Sequence record: OR769032.1
Origin: Escherichia phage JoYop
Length of the DNA: 64,000 nt
Reading direction: 5' to 3' (one strand)
The stretch's first letter is position 1, and the number at the start of each line of letters is the position of its first letter. The position numbers and the translations under genes are program-made. The notes beneath the pieces were generated by a model, which worked only from the letters and a program-made list of their open reading frames with translations, ran no database searches and was not told the origin of the DNA. Below, in pieces: positions 1 through 13,939 of this stretch.

Positions 1-2314
<2,314 letters not shown>

Positions 2315-2342
2315 TATTAAAGCATATTAAAGAGGATTAAAA

Positions 2343-4322
2343 ATGACTTTATTATCTCCGGGCATTGAGCTCAAAGAAACTACGGTTCAAAGCACCGTGG
2401 TTAATAACTCTACTGGTACAGCAGCTTTGGCCGGTAAATTCCAGTGGGGTCCTGCTTTTCAAATTAAACAGGTTACAAACGAAGTAGATTTAGTTAATAC
2501 TTTTGGTCAACCTACGGCTGAAACAGCTGACTACTTTATGTCTGCGATGAATTTCTTGCAGTACGGAAATGACTTACGAGTTGTTCGTGCTGTCGATAGA
2601 GATACCGCTAAAAACTCATCTCCGATTGCTGGTAATATTGAATACACGATTTCTACCCCAGGTAGTAACTATGCAGTTGGAGATAAAATCAGTGTCAAGT
2701 ATGTTTCAGAAGATGTTGAAACAGAAGGTAAAATCACCGAAGTAGATGCTGATGGAAAAATCAAGAAAATTAGTATTCCTACTGCAAAAATTATCGCTAA
2801 AGCGAAAGAAGTCGGTGAATACCCGGAATTAGGTTCTAACTGGACCGCTGAAGTTTCTTCATCTTCCTCTGGTTTAGCTGCAGTAATAACTCTTGGAAAA
2901 ATTATTACTGATTCTGGTATTTTATTAGCTGAAATTGAAAATGCTGAAGCTGCTATAACAGCTGTTGATTTTCAGGAAAATCTTAAAAAATATGGAATTC
3001 CGGGAGTAGTAGCTCTTTATCCAGGCGAATTAGGCGATAAAATTGAAATTGAAATCGTATCTAAAGCTGACTACGTGAAAGGCGCTTCTGCATTACTCCC
3101 AATTTATCCAGGTGGTGGTACTCGTGCATCTACTGCCAAGGCAGTGTTTGGATATGGACCGCAGACTGACTCACAATACGCTATTATAGTTCGTCGAAAT
3201 GATGCTATTGTTCAAAGCATTGTTCTTTCAACTAAGCGCGGTGAAAAAGATATTTACGATAGTAACATCTATATCGATGACTTTTTCGCAAAAGGTGGTT
3301 CAGAATATATTTTTGCAACTGCACAAAACTGGCCAGAAGGATTCTCTGGAATTTTAACTCTGTCTGGTGGGTTATCATCAAATGCTGAAGTAACAGCAGG
3401 AGATTTGATGGAAGCTTGGGACTTCTTTGCTGACCGTGAATCTGTTGACGTCCAGTTGTTTATTGCGGGTTCTTGTGCCGGCGAATCTTTAGAAACAGCA
3501 TCTACTGTCCAAAAACACGTTGTTTCAATTGGGGATGCTCGCCAGGATTGCTTAGTATTGTGCTCACCACCGCGCGAAACTGTAGTTGGAATTCCTGTAA
3601 CTCGCGCTGTTGATAACTTAGTCAATTGGAGAACCGCAACAGGTTCATACACTGATAATAACTTTAATATCAGTTCAACCTACGCAGCAATTGATGGTAA
3701 CTATAAGTATCAGTATGACAAATATAATGATGTGAATCGTTGGGTTCCATTAGCAGCTGATATTGCTGGTTTATGCGCAAGAACTGATAACGTTTCTCAT
3801 ACTTGGATGTCTCCAGCTGGTTATAATCGTGGCCAAATTTTGAACGTTATTAAACTGGCTATTGAAACTCGCCAAGCTCAGCGCGACCGTTTATACCAAG
3901 AAGCTATTAACCCGGTAACTGGCACAGGTGGCGATGGTTACGTATTGTATGGTGATAAAACAGCTACTTCTGTTCCTTCTCCGTTTGATCGTATTAACGT
4001 TCGTCGTCTGTTTAATATGTTGAAAACTAATATCGGACGTAGTTCAAAATATCGTTTGTTCGAATTAAACAACGCGTTTACTCGTTCTTCATTCCGTACA
4101 GAAACTGCTCAGTACCTGCAAGGAATTAAAGCTCTTGGCGGAATTTATGAATATCGTGTAGTTTGCGATACAACAAATAACACTCCGTCAGTAATTGATA
4201 GAAATGAGTTTGTTGCAACATTCTACATCCAACCGGCTCGTAGTATAAATTATATCCAACTTAATTTCGTCGCAACTGCTACTGGTGCAGATTTCGATGA
4301 GTTGACTGGTCTTGCAGGTTAA
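2343..4322 (+). CDS. 18: Tail sheath protein gp18 (659 aa)
   Basis: 659 aa equals T4 gp18; synteny 17-18-19. Confidence 0.92.
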   Translation: MTLLSPGIELKETTVQSTVVNNSTGTAALAGKFQWGPAFQIKQVTNEVDLVNTFGQPTAETADYFMSAMNFLQYGNDLRVVRAVDRDTAKNSSPIAGNIEYTISTPGSNYAVGDKISVKYVSEDVETEGKITEVDADGKIKKISIPTAKIIAKAKEVGEYPELGSNWTAEVSSSSSGLAAVITLGKIITDSGILLAEIENAEAAITAVDFQENLKKYGIPGVVALYPGELGDKIEIEIVSKADYVKGASALLPIYPGGGTRASTAKAVFGYGPQTDSQYAIIVRRNDAIVQSIVLSTKRGEKDIYDSNIYIDDFFAKGGSEYIFATAQNWPEGFSGILTLSGGLSSNAEVTAGDLMEAWDFFADRESVDVQLFIAGSCAGESLETASTVQKHVVSIGDARQDCLVLCSPPRETVVGIPVTRAVDNLVNWRTATGSYTDNNFNISSTYAAIDGNYKYQYDKYNDVNRWVPLAADIAGLCARTDNVSHTWMSPAGYNRGQILNVIKLAIETRQAQRDRLYQEAINPVTGTGGDGYVLYGDKTATSVPSPFDRINVRRLFNMLKTNIGRSSKYRLFELNNAFTRSSFRTETAQYLQGIKALGGIYEYRVVCDTTNNTPSVIDRNEFVATFYIQPARSINYIQLNFVATATGADFDELTGLAG

Positions 4323-4334
4323 TTGATTGATTAT

Positions 4335-4348
4335 GGGGCTTCGGCCCC
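4335..4348 (+). terminator. GC hairpin ggggcttcggcccc immediately after gene 18
   Basis: 5-bp GC stem with ttcg loop 13 nt after the gp18 stop; typical T4 inter-cistronic hairpin. Confidence 0.5.
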
Positions 4349-4413
4349 TATTATCGAGGAAACAAGTGATTATTTCTAAGTTTGTTACAATAAAACCAAG
4401 AAATCATTCAAAA

Positions 4414-4971
4414 ATGTGGTCGACAATTCTGGGATATAAAGTATCATATCATGATACAATATCTGTTCCAATAGAATTAATGCCAAAGAATAGTAATAAA
4501 ATAGTTGACGCTAAATGCGATTTGTGCGGTGTTAAATTTAGTAGAAGCATTCAGCTTTTAAATAGAACACCCACCCACGCATGTAGAAAATGTAGCATTA
4601 AACAAGTTGCTATTAAAAATTCGGAAGTTCAATCTGGAATAAGCAGACCATGGCAAAGAGGCGATAAACATCCTCGATGGACTGGTAAAAGAAAAGAGTT
4701 TGCATTATATGCTAGTAGAGTTCATTCTATAACTAAGTCAGCTAAAATAAGAAAAATTTGGTCAAAATGGCCGAATGCTGATAAAATAGGAGTGTGCGGC
4801 GTAGAAGGTGCTTATCAACTTGATCATAAAGTATCTATCAAATATGGATTTGATAATTTAATTCCTCCGGAAATTATAGCAAGCGTAAAAAATTTAGAAA
4901 TAATCACTTGGGAATCCAACCGAGAAAAGTCAAAAAGAAATAGCGTAGATCTTTGGGATTTACTAGAATGA
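4414..4971 (+). CDS. HNH-family endonuclease, probable free-standing homing endonuclease (about 185 aa from first ATG after the hairpin)
   Basis: ORF track gives 4327..4971 but that start is TTG inside the hairpin; protein has CxxC...CxxC (CDLCGV...CRKCS) and HNH-like motif LDHKVSIKYG...NLEIITWESNREK; AT-rich; no gene sits here in T4. Confidence 0.6.
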   Translation: MWSTILGYKVSYHDTISVPIELMPKNSNKIVDAKCDLCGVKFSRSIQLLNRTPTHACRKCSIKQVAIKNSEVQSGISRPWQRGDKHPRWTGKRKEFALYASRVHSITKSAKIRKIWSKWPNADKIGVCGVEGAYQLDHKVSIKYGFDNLIPPEIIASVKNLEIITWESNREKSKRNSVDLWDLLE

Positions 4972-4978
4972 TTCTAAA

Positions 4979-4996
4979 GGCCTGTTTCGGCAGGCC
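4979..4996 (+). terminator. Hairpin ggcctgtttcggcaggcc after the HNH ORF
   Basis: 6-bp stem, 6-nt loop, 8 nt after the ORF stop. Confidence 0.45.
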
Positions 4997-4997
4997 A

Positions 4998-5005
4998 TAT
5001 AAATA
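4998..5005 (+). promoter_or_regulatory. Late promoter box TATAAATA (distal, gene 19)
   Basis: Exact TATAAATA directly after the hairpin. Confidence 0.5.
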
Positions 5006-5056
5006 CACTATATCCTTAATTCTTTAATTCTATATGCCCTAGGTTAAACATAGGGA

Positions 5057-5064
5057 TATAAATA
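5057..5064 (+). promoter_or_regulatory. Late promoter box TATAAATA (proximal, gene 19)
   Basis: Exact TATAAATA 15 bp upstream of the gene 19 ATG. Confidence 0.6.
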
Positions 5065-5078
5065 CTACAGAGGCTAAT

Positions 5079-5570
5079 ATGTTTGTAGATGATGTAACAC
5101 GAGCGTTTGAATCTGGTGATTTTGCGCGACCTAACTTATTCCAAGTAGAGATTTCTTATCTTGGCCAAAATTTTACGTTCCAATGTAAAGCTACTGCTTT
5201 ACCAGCTGGTATTGTAGAAAAAATTCCAGTCGGATTTATGAACCGTAAAATTAATGTGGCAGGCGATCGTACATTCGATGACTGGACTGTTACAGTAATG
5301 AATGATGAAGCTCATGATGCTCGTCAGAAGTTCGTTGATTGGCAAAGCATTGCTGCTGGACAAGGAAACGAAATTACTGGTGGAAAACCTGCAGAGTATA
5401 AAAAGAGCGCTATTGTTCGCCAATATGCTCGTGACGCTAAAACAGTAACAAAAGAAATTGAAATTAAAGGCTTGTGGCCTACTAACGTGGGTGAACTTCA
5501 ATTAGATTGGGATTCAAATAACGAAATCCAAACATTTGAAGTAACTCTTGCTCTCGATTATTGGGAATAA
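5079..5570 (+). CDS. 19: Tail tube protein gp19 (163 aa)
   Basis: 163 aa equals T4 gp19; follows sheath gene. Confidence 0.9.
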   Translation: MFVDDVTRAFESGDFARPNLFQVEISYLGQNFTFQCKATALPAGIVEKIPVGFMNRKINVAGDRTFDDWTVTVMNDEAHDARQKFVDWQSIAAGQGNEITGGKPAEYKKSAIVRQYARDAKTVTKEIEIKGLWPTNVGELQLDWDSNNEIQTFEVTLALDYWE

Positions 5571-5575
5571 AATGA

Positions 5576-7227
<1,652 letters not shown>

Positions 7228-7228
<1 letters not shown>

Positions 7229-7473
7229 TGGAAGGTTTAATTGAAGCTATTAAATCAAACGACCTCGTAGCCGCTCGTAAATTATTTGCTGAAGCCATGG
7301 CTGCAAGAACGACTGATTTAATTAAAGAAGAAAAAATCGCTATCGCTCGTAATTTCTTAATCGAAGGTGAAGAACCTGATGACGAGGATGAAGATGATGA
7401 CGACGAAGATAGCGATGATGATAAAGACGACAAAAAAGACAAAGACTCTGACGAAGACGAGGATGATGAATAA
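7228..7473 (+). CDS. 67: Prohead core protein gp67 (81 aa, acidic C-terminus)
   Basis: Small ORF after portal with poly-Asp/Glu tail; T4 order 20-67-68-21. Confidence 0.8.
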
Positions 7474-7898
7474 TGATTCTAATCCCTGAAACTCATGAAT
7501 TAGTTCTCGAGAATGTCGAAGCACTTATTCCTGAAGCACAGGGTCGCTTTGACGAGTTGTCTTCTGCTTTAAATAAAGACGATATAAATACAATTATCGA
7601 GAATATGCTTGATGATGAAACCGATTTAGCGATTGCATTAGCTTCTATTAATGAAAATATGCCGTTAAATGAATTCATCGTTAAACATGTTTCTGCCCGT
7701 GGTGAAATTACTCGCACTAAAGATCGCAAAACCCGCGAACGTAATGCATTTCAAACTACCGGGTTGTCTAAAGCAAAACGTAGACAAATTGCTCGTAAAG
7801 CTACCAAAACGAAGATTGCCAATCCAGCAGGTCAATCTCGTGCTCAGCGTAAGCGTAAAAAAGCTCTCAAACGCCGTAAAGCATTAGGATTAAGCTAA
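7473..7898 (+). CDS. 68: Prohead core protein gp68 (141 aa)
   Basis: Position and size; basic C-terminus. Confidence 0.75.
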   Translation: MILIPETHELVLENVEALIPEAQGRFDELSSALNKDDINTIIENMLDDETDLAIALASINENMPLNEFIVKHVSARGEITRTKDRKTRERNAFQTTGLSKAKRRQIARKATKTKIANPAGQSRAQRKRKKALKRRKALGLS

Positions 7899-8536
7899 TG
7901 AATGAACCCCAATTGCTAATTGAAACTTGGGGTCAACCTGGCGAAATTATTGATGGTGTACCAATGCTTGAATCCCACGATGGGAAAGACTTAGGTTTAA
8001 AACCTGGTTTATACATCGAAGGAATATTCATGCAAGCAGAAGTCGTCAATAGAAATAAACGTCTTTATCCAAAACGTATATTAGAAAAAGCGGTAAAAGA
8101 CTATATTAATGAGCAAGTTTTAACTAAACAAGCTCTCGGAGAATTAAATCATCCTCCACGCGCTAATGTTGACCCAATGCAAGCCGCTATCATTATAGAA
8201 GATATGTGGTGGAAAGGAAATGACGTATACGGACGAGCTCGTGTTATTGAAGGTGACCATGGTCCTGGAGATAAATTAGCAGCTAATATTCGTGCCGGAT
8301 GGATTCCAGGAGTTTCTTCTCGTGGATTAGGTTCATTGACTGACACAAATAAAGGTTATCGTATCGTAAACGAAGGATTCAAATTAACTGTAGGTGTTGA
8401 TGCAGTATGGGGTCCAAGTGCTCCAGATGCATGGGTAACTCCTAAGGAAATTACCGAATCACAGACGGCGGAAGCCGATACAAGTGCCGATGACGCCTAT
8501 ATGGCTCTCGCAGAGGCCATGAAAAAAGCGTTATAA
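7898..8536 (+). CDS. 21: Prohead core protease gp21 (212 aa)
   Basis: 212 aa equals T4 gp21; synteny. Confidence 0.88.
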   Translation: MNEPQLLIETWGQPGEIIDGVPMLESHDGKDLGLKPGLYIEGIFMQAEVVNRNKRLYPKRILEKAVKDYINEQVLTKQALGELNHPPRANVDPMQAAIIIEDMWWKGNDVYGRARVIEGDHGPGDKLAANIRAGWIPGVSSRGLGSLTDTNKGYRIVNEGFKLTVGVDAVWGPSAPDAWVTPKEITESQTAEADTSADDAYMALAEAMKKAL

Positions 8537-8539
8537 ATA
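8532..8539 (+). promoter_or_regulatory. Late promoter box TATAAATA for gene 22
   Basis: Exact TATAAATA overlapping gp21 stop, 28 bp before gene 22 ATG. Confidence 0.55.
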
Positions 8540-8566
8540 TTATTATCTAAACAACAGGACTACAAA

Positions 8567-9376
8567 ATGCTTAAAGAACAACTGATTGCCGAAGCGCAGA
8601 AAATTGATGCTTCCGTTGCTCTTGATAGTATTTTCGAATCAGTTAATATTTCTCCGGAAGCAAAAGAAACTTTCGGCACTGTATTCGAAGCTACCGTCAA
8701 GCAGCACGCCGTTAAATTAGCTGAATCTCATATCGCTAAAATTGCTGAAAAAGCAGAAGAAGAAGTAGAAAAAAATAAAGAAGAAGCAGAAGAAAAAGCT
8801 GAGAAGAAAATCGCTGAGCAAGCTTCTAAATTCCTTGACCATCTTGCAAAAGAATGGCTCACTGAAAATAAATTAGCAGTAGATAAAGGCATCAAAGCCG
8901 AACTGTTTGAATCCATGCTTGGTGGATTGAAAGAGCTCTTTGTTGAACACAACGTTGTTGTTCCAGAAGAATCAGTTGATGTTGTAGCTGAAATGGAAGA
9001 AGAGCTACAAGAACATAAAGAAGAATCAGCTCGTCTGTTCGAAGAACTCAATAAGCGTGACGCATATATCAATTATGTGCAGCGTGAAGTGGCATTGAGC
9101 GAAAGTACTAAAGATCTGACTGAGTCTCAAAAAGAAAAAGTCTCTGCTCTGGTCGAAGGTATGGATTATTCAGATGAATTCTCAAATAAATTGAGTGCCA
9201 TCGTAGAAATGGTGAAGAAGTCTAATAAAGATGAAAGCACTATTACTGAGGGTATAAATACTCCTGATACTGAAGCAGCCGGACTGAATTTCGTCACTGA
9301 AGCTGTAGAAGATAAATCTGCATCTGGTGCAGAAGATATTGTAAGTGTATATGCGAAAGTCGCATCTCGTTTCTAA
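8567..9376 (+). CDS. 22: Prohead scaffold protein gp22 (269 aa)
   Basis: 269 aa, Glu/Lys-rich coiled-coil-like sequence; synteny. Confidence 0.88.
   Translation: MLKEQLIAEAQKIDASVALDSIFESVNISPEAKETFGTVFEATVKQHAVKLAESHIAKIAEKAEEEVEKNKEEAEEKAEKKIAEQASKFLDHLAKEWLTENKLAVDKGIKAELFESMLGGLKELFVEHNVVVPEESVDVVAEMEEELQEHKEESARLFEELNKRDAYINYVQREVALSESTKDLTESQKEKVSALVEGMDYSDEFSNKLSAIVEMVKKSNKDESTITEGINTPDTEAAGLNFVTEAVEDKSASGAEDIVSVYAKVASRF
9253..9260 (+). promoter_or_regulatory. Late promoter box TATAAATA inside gene 22 (gene 23 promoter)
   Basis: Exact TATAAATA about 135 bp upstream of gene 23 ATG; a late promoter for 23 within 22 is known in T4. Confidence 0.5.
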
Positions 9377-9394
9377 TTTTAAAGGTTAACACAA

Positions 9395-10960
9395 ATGACT
9401 ATCAAAACTAAAGCTGAACTTTTGAACAAATGGAAGCCATTACTGGAAGGTGAAGGTTTACCGGAAATTGCTAATAGCAAACAAGCGATTATCGCTAAAA
9501 TCTTTGAAAACCAGGAAAAAGATTTCCAGACAGCTCCGGAATATAAAGACGAAAAAATTGCTCAGGCATTTGGTTCTTTCTTAACAGAAGCTGAAATCGG
9601 TGGTGACCACGGTTACAACGCTACTAACATCGCTGCGGGTCAGACTTCTGGCGCGGTAACTCAGATTGGCCCGGCTGTTATGGGTATGGTACGTCGTGCT
9701 ATTCCTAACCTGATTGCTTTCGATATTTGCGGTGTTCAGCCGATGAACAGCCCGACTGGTCAGGTATTCGCGCTCCGCGCAGTATATGGTAAAGACCCAA
9801 TCGCTGCCGGTGCTAAAGAAGCATTCCACCCAATGTATGGTCCAGATGCAATGTTCTCTGGTCAGGGTGCTGCTAAGAAATTCACAGCTCTGGCTGCTAG
9901 CACACAAACCACAGTAGGTGATATCTATACTCACTTCTTCCAGGACACTGGTACTGTGTATCTGCAGGCTTCTGCTCAAGTAACAATTAGTTCTACTGCA
10001 GATGATGCAGCTAAATTAGATGCTGAAATTAAGAAACAAATGGAAGCTGGTGCACTGGTAGAAATCGCTGAAGGTATGGCTACTTCTATCGCTGAACTTC
10101 AGGAAAGTTTCAACGGTTCTACCGATAACCCATGGAATGAAATGGGCTTCCGTATCGATAAACAAGTTATCGAAGCTAAATCTCGCCAGCTGAAAGCTGC
10201 TTACTCTATCGAATTAGCACAAGACCTCCGCGCTGTTCACGGTATGGATGCTGATGCTGAACTGTCTGGTATTCTGGCTACCGAAATCATGTTGGAAATC
10301 AACCGTGAAGTTGTTGATTGGATTAACTACTCCGCACAGGTTGGTAAATCTGGTATGACCCTGACTCCGGGTTCTAAAGCTGGTGTATTTGACTTCCAGG
10401 ATCCGATTGATATTCGTGGTGCTCGCTGGGCGGGTGAATCCTTTAAAGCTCTGTTGTTCCAGATTGACAAAGAAGCAGTTGAAATTGCTCGTCAAACCGG
10501 TCGTGGTGAAGGTAACTTCATTATCGCTTCCCGTAACGTAGTTAACGTTCTGGCTTCAGTTGATACTGGCATTTCTTATGCTGCACAAGGTCTGGCTACC
10601 GGCTTTAACACTGATACTACCAAGTCAGTATTTGCTGGTGTTCTGGGTGGTAAATACCGTGTATATATCGACCAGTATGCTAAACAGGATTATTTCACCG
10701 TAGGTTATAAAGGTCCGAACGAAATGGATGCTGGTATTTACTACGCTCCATATGTAGCTCTGACTCCGCTGCGTGGTTCCGATCCGAAGAACTTCCAACC
10801 AGTAATGGGATTCAAAACTCGTTACGGTATCGGTATCAACCCATTTGCAGAATCCGCTGCTCAGGCTCCGGCTTCTCGCATCCAGAGCGGTATGCCTTCT
10901 ATTCTGAATAGCCTTGGTAAAAACGCTTACTTCCGCCGTGTATATGTTAAAGGTATCTAA
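9395..10960 (+). CDS. 23: Major capsid protein gp23 (521 aa)
   Basis: 521 aa equals T4 gp23; high-expression codon usage; synteny. Confidence 0.93.
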   Translation: MTIKTKAELLNKWKPLLEGEGLPEIANSKQAIIAKIFENQEKDFQTAPEYKDEKIAQAFGSFLTEAEIGGDHGYNATNIAAGQTSGAVTQIGPAVMGMVRRAIPNLIAFDICGVQPMNSPTGQVFALRAVYGKDPIAAGAKEAFHPMYGPDAMFSGQGAAKKFTALAASTQTTVGDIYTHFFQDTGTVYLQASAQVTISSTADDAAKLDAEIKKQMEAGALVEIAEGMATSIAELQESFNGSTDNPWNEMGFRIDKQVIEAKSRQLKAAYSIELAQDLRAVHGMDADAELSGILATEIMLEINREVVDWINYSAQVGKSGMTLTPGSKAGVFDFQDPIDIRGARWAGESFKALLFQIDKEAVEIARQTGRGEGNFIIASRNVVNVLASVDTGISYAAQGLATGFNTDTTKSVFAGVLGGKYRVYIDQYAKQDYFTVGYKGPNEMDAGIYYAPYVALTPLRGSDPKNFQPVMGFKTRYGIGINPFAESAAQAPASRIQSGMPSILNSLGKNAYFRRVYVKGI

Positions 10961-10975
10961 TCTTTGACGATTTAA

Positions 10976-10991
10976 GGGACCTTCGGGTCCC
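10976..10991 (+). terminator. Hairpin gggaccttcgggtccc after gene 23
   Basis: 6-bp GC stem, ttcg loop, T-rich downstream. Confidence 0.55.
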
Positions 10992-11008
10992 TTTAGTTGT
11001 TTTTATGG

Positions 11009-11016
11009 TATAAATA
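11009..11016 (+). promoter_or_regulatory. Late promoter box TATAAATA for gene 24
   Basis: Exact TATAAATA 28 bp upstream of ATG. Confidence 0.6.
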
Positions 11017-11043
11017 AATCATATAAACCAAAAGGAAAGCGCA

Positions 11044-12327
11044 ATGGCTAAAATCAACGAACTTCTGCGCGAATCAACCACAACGAACAGCAACTCAATC
11101 GGTCGCCCAAATCTCGTTGCTTTGACTCGCGCTACCACTAAATTAATATATTCTGACATTGTAGCAACGCAAAGAACTAATCAACCTGTTGCTGCTTTTT
11201 ATGGTATCAAATACCTTAACCCAGATAACGAATTTACATTTAAAACTGGTGCTACTTACGCTGGCGAAGCCGGGTATGCAGACCGAGAACAAATCACAGA
11301 ATTAACAGAAGAGTCTAAATTAACTCTCAATAAAGGCGATTTATTCAAATATAATAATATCGTTTATAAAGTATTAGAAGATACACCGTTTGCTGATATT
11401 GAAGAAAGCGATCTAGAATTAGCTCTTCAGATTGCAATCGTTCTTTTAAAGGTTCGTCTATTTTCTGATGCCGCACCAACAAGCAAATTTGAAAGCTCTG
11501 ATAGCGAAATTGCGGATGCTAGATTCCAGATTAATAAATGGCAAACCGCCGTTAAATCTCGTAAACTTAAAACAGGCATCACAGTTGAATTGGCTCAAGA
11601 CTTAGAAGCAAATGGATTCGATGCTCCTAATTTCTTGGAAGATTTGCTTGCAACTGAAATGGCAGATGAAATCAATAAAGATATTCTGCAGTCTTTGATT
11701 ACAGTATCAAAACGTTATAAAGTTACAGGAATTACTGATACTGGATTCATTGATTTGAGTTATGCATCTGCTCCTGAAGCAGGTCGTTCATTATACCGAA
11801 TGGTATGTGAAATGGTTTCACATATCCAAAAAGAATCAACTTACACAGCAACATTCTGTGTAGCTTCAGCTCGTGCTGCTGCGATTCTTGCTGCATCAGG
11901 TTGGTTAAAACATAAACCAGAAGATGACAAATATCTTTCGCAAAATGCCTACGGGTTCTTAGCTAATGGTTTACCGCTTTATTGCGATACTAACAGCCCA
12001 TTAGATTATGTAATCGTTGGTGTAGTAGAAAATATCGGTGAAAAAGAAATTGTTGGTTCAATTTTCTATGCTCCGTATACAGAAGGTCTTGACTTAGATG
12101 ACCCTGAACATGTTGGTGCATTTAAAGTTGTAGTTGATCCGGAAAGCTTGCAACCATCTATCGGTTTATTAGTTAGATATGCTTTATCAGCAAATCCTTA
12201 TACTGTAGCAAAAGATGAAAAAGAAGCAAGAATAATTGATGGTGGAGACATGGATAAAATGGCGGGTCGTTCAGATTTGTCTGTTTTATTAGGTGTTAAG
12301 CTACCAAAAATTATCATTGATGAATAA
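11044..12327 (+). CDS. 24: Capsid vertex protein gp24 (427 aa)
   Basis: 427 aa equals T4 gp24; paralogue of gp23. Confidence 0.9.
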   Translation: MAKINELLRESTTTNSNSIGRPNLVALTRATTKLIYSDIVATQRTNQPVAAFYGIKYLNPDNEFTFKTGATYAGEAGYADREQITELTEESKLTLNKGDLFKYNNIVYKVLEDTPFADIEESDLELALQIAIVLLKVRLFSDAAPTSKFESSDSEIADARFQINKWQTAVKSRKLKTGITVELAQDLEANGFDAPNFLEDLLATEMADEINKDILQSLITVSKRYKVTGITDTGFIDLSYASAPEAGRSLYRMVCEMVSHIQKESTYTATFCVASARAAAILAASGWLKHKPEDDKYLSQNAYGFLANGLPLYCDTNSPLDYVIVGVVENIGEKEIVGSIFYAPYTEGLDLDDPEHVGAFKVVVDPESLQPSIGLLVRYALSANPYTVAKDEKEARIIDGGDMDKMAGRSDLSVLLGVKLPKIIIDE

Positions 12328-12333
12328 AACAAA

Positions 12334-12349
12334 GGGACCGAAAGGTCCC
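12334..12349. terminator. Bidirectional terminator hairpin gggaccgaaaggtccc between gene 24 (+) and rnlB (-)
   Basis: 6-bp stem flanked by A-run upstream and T-run downstream, between convergent genes. Confidence 0.6.
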
Positions 12350-12356
12350 TTTTTAT

Positions 12357-13361
12357 TTAGCTCACCAACTCAATCCAGGCTGGACGAAGTACATCTTGTA
12401 CCATTTTAACTAATTCCTTTTTAATCAAAGAAGGATTATCCGCTTGAGTTAGAGTAATACCTTCACGAGAAGTTTCTTCCAAAATATCTTGAACAGTTAG
12501 TCCCATCACCTTTCCAAAATCTTTAGGACCAATTTCACCAATTTTAGAGATAACGTTATTTACTCGGTTCAGCGTAACGTAGCAAGCTAAAATTCCCAGC
12601 AATTTATTATCAGCTTCTGACAACTCAACTTTAGCTTTAATAGGCTTATCAGACTTTTTCTTTTCACTAAATTTAGAGTTCTTGCATTTGATGGCTACAC
12701 GATTGCCATTAGGCATCCAAGAAGGATAACAAGGTTTCAATACATATCCTTCAGCGGTAAATACTTCGCCTTTTGCTTCAGCATTCCAAACGCATTTATT
12801 TGCATCAACTAATCCAGCATGGTCTACTGTAAAATTATAATCTTGGACGACAGAATCTAAATCATTTGGCAATTTAATAAGCTCTTCAAATTTACCGCGA
12901 CCTAAAAGTGGAGCCATTTTAAATTTGAATGTATTACAGAATGATTCCATCATATAATCATCGACATAAGTCACGTCACCACTTTCCGTAGTAACAATAA
13001 TGTCAAATACATAAAAATCTTTATCACCATAATCGACATTCTTCTGAATGCCAGGCCCGGCGAATTCACCAAAGACTTGATAAGATACAACCGCTGAAGT
13101 TTCCATAATATCTTGCACTGCTTTAATGGAATCAGCGTAATTCTTTAAAATAATTTCATACCCAAAGAAATCTTCAGCAGGAAGAATAGGACCAGTACGT
13201 TTAGCGCAAGTTACTTTATCACGCTCAATAATCAACGAAAAGTTTGTTCCATGAATCTTTTCACGAGCTACCCATTCACCACCAGTCAATCCCAGGCTAT
13301 AAAGTTTTTCAATAAATTTAGAATTGTAATGATTTTCAAGACTGCTATACTTTTTAAACAT
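12357..13361 (-). CDS. rnlB: RNA ligase 2 (334 aa)
   Basis: 334 aa, N-terminus [16 protein letters not shown], nucleotidyltransferase motif EKIHGTN. Confidence 0.88.
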   Translation of the reverse strand: MFKKYSSLENHYNSKFIEKLYSLGLTGGEWVAREKIHGTNFSLIIERDKVTCAKRTGPILPAEDFFGYEIILKNYADSIKAVQDIMETSAVVSYQVFGEFAGPGIQKNVDYGDKDFYVFDIIVTTESGDVTYVDDYMMESFCNTFKFKMAPLLGRGKFEELIKLPNDLDSVVQDYNFTVDHAGLVDANKCVWNAEAKGEVFTAEGYVLKPCYPSWMPNGNRVAIKCKNSKFSEKKKSDKPIKAKVELSEADNKLLGILACYVTLNRVNNVISKIGEIGPKDFGKVMGLTVQDILEETSREGITLTQADNPSLIKKELVKMVQDVLRPAWIELVS

Positions 13362-13370
13362 AATTAATCC

Positions 13371-13649
13371 TCAAAATGTAATTTCTAACCAATCACCATC
13401 ACGCTGATCACTATTGACTTTAAAGCTAAATCCTTCTTTTCTCAGCCAATTACCAATTTCTTCAGTAATCAATTTATCGCGAGCAGTACAATAATAACTA
13501 AAATATGTTTTACCTTGTTCAGCTGCTTTATTAGCAAGTTCTGAAAAATCTTTAATAAAACATTCTAGTTTAAACTGTTTACTTTTAAGTGCTTTTTCTC
13601 GCAATTGATTAGCAAAAGATTCATTTTCATAAAGATCATACTGTTCCAT
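13371..13649 (-). CDS. Hypothetical protein (92 aa)
   Basis: ORF with ATG start in the rnlB-hoc interval. Confidence 0.55.
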   Translation of the reverse strand: MEQYDLYENESFANQLREKALKSKQFKLECFIKDFSELANKAAEQGKTYFSYYCTARDKLITEEIGNWLRKEGFSFKVNSDQRDGDWLEITF

Positions 13650-13851
13650 TTTTCACCTTTTTATTAATATGTCTTTTTCTATAGACAACTTTTTCTCGAG
13701 TTTCAAATTTATTCTTAGCAGTCATAGCTCGAGCCCATAATACAGCCACTTCTTTCGCCTGTAAGTTCAATTCACGGGCAATTTCAATGAATGACTTTCC
13801 AGACTCATGAAGAGTAAACACCACAACCTCAGTTCTCATAATCAATCTCAT
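13636..13851 (-). CDS. Hypothetical small basic protein (71 aa)
   Basis: ORF with ATG start, overlaps downstream ORF by 14 nt. Confidence 0.5.
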   Translation of the reverse strand: MRLIMRTEVVVFTLHESGKSFIEIARELNLQAKEVAVLWARAMTAKNKFETREKVVYRKRHINKKVKNGTV

Positions 13852-13920
13852 GTTATCGAGTTGGTGCCATTATATACATCGTTTTCTGATTGTGTTTTGT
13901 GTGCTTTCAAAATGAAGAAA

Positions 13921-13934
13921 GGGGCCGAAGCCCC
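13921..13934 (-). terminator. Hairpin ggggccgaagcccc downstream of hoc
   Basis: 5-bp GC stem 6 nt past the hoc stop. Confidence 0.45.
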
Positions 13935-13939
13935 TACGA

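Noticed and set aside
3269-3652. Minus-strand ORF (127 aa) inside gene 18
   Set aside because: Fully embedded antisense to the tail sheath gene; no start context. Other antisense or embedded ORFs in the track (inside 17, 19, 20, 22, 23, hoc, inh, 29, 48, alt, pseT, nrdA, nrdB, 32, rnh, 34, 36, 37) were rejected for the same reason.
4327-4413. ORF-track N-terminal extension of the HNH ORF
   Set aside because: Starts with TTG inside the gene 18 terminator hairpin; first ATG after the hairpin at 4414 is more plausible, though the true start is uncertain.
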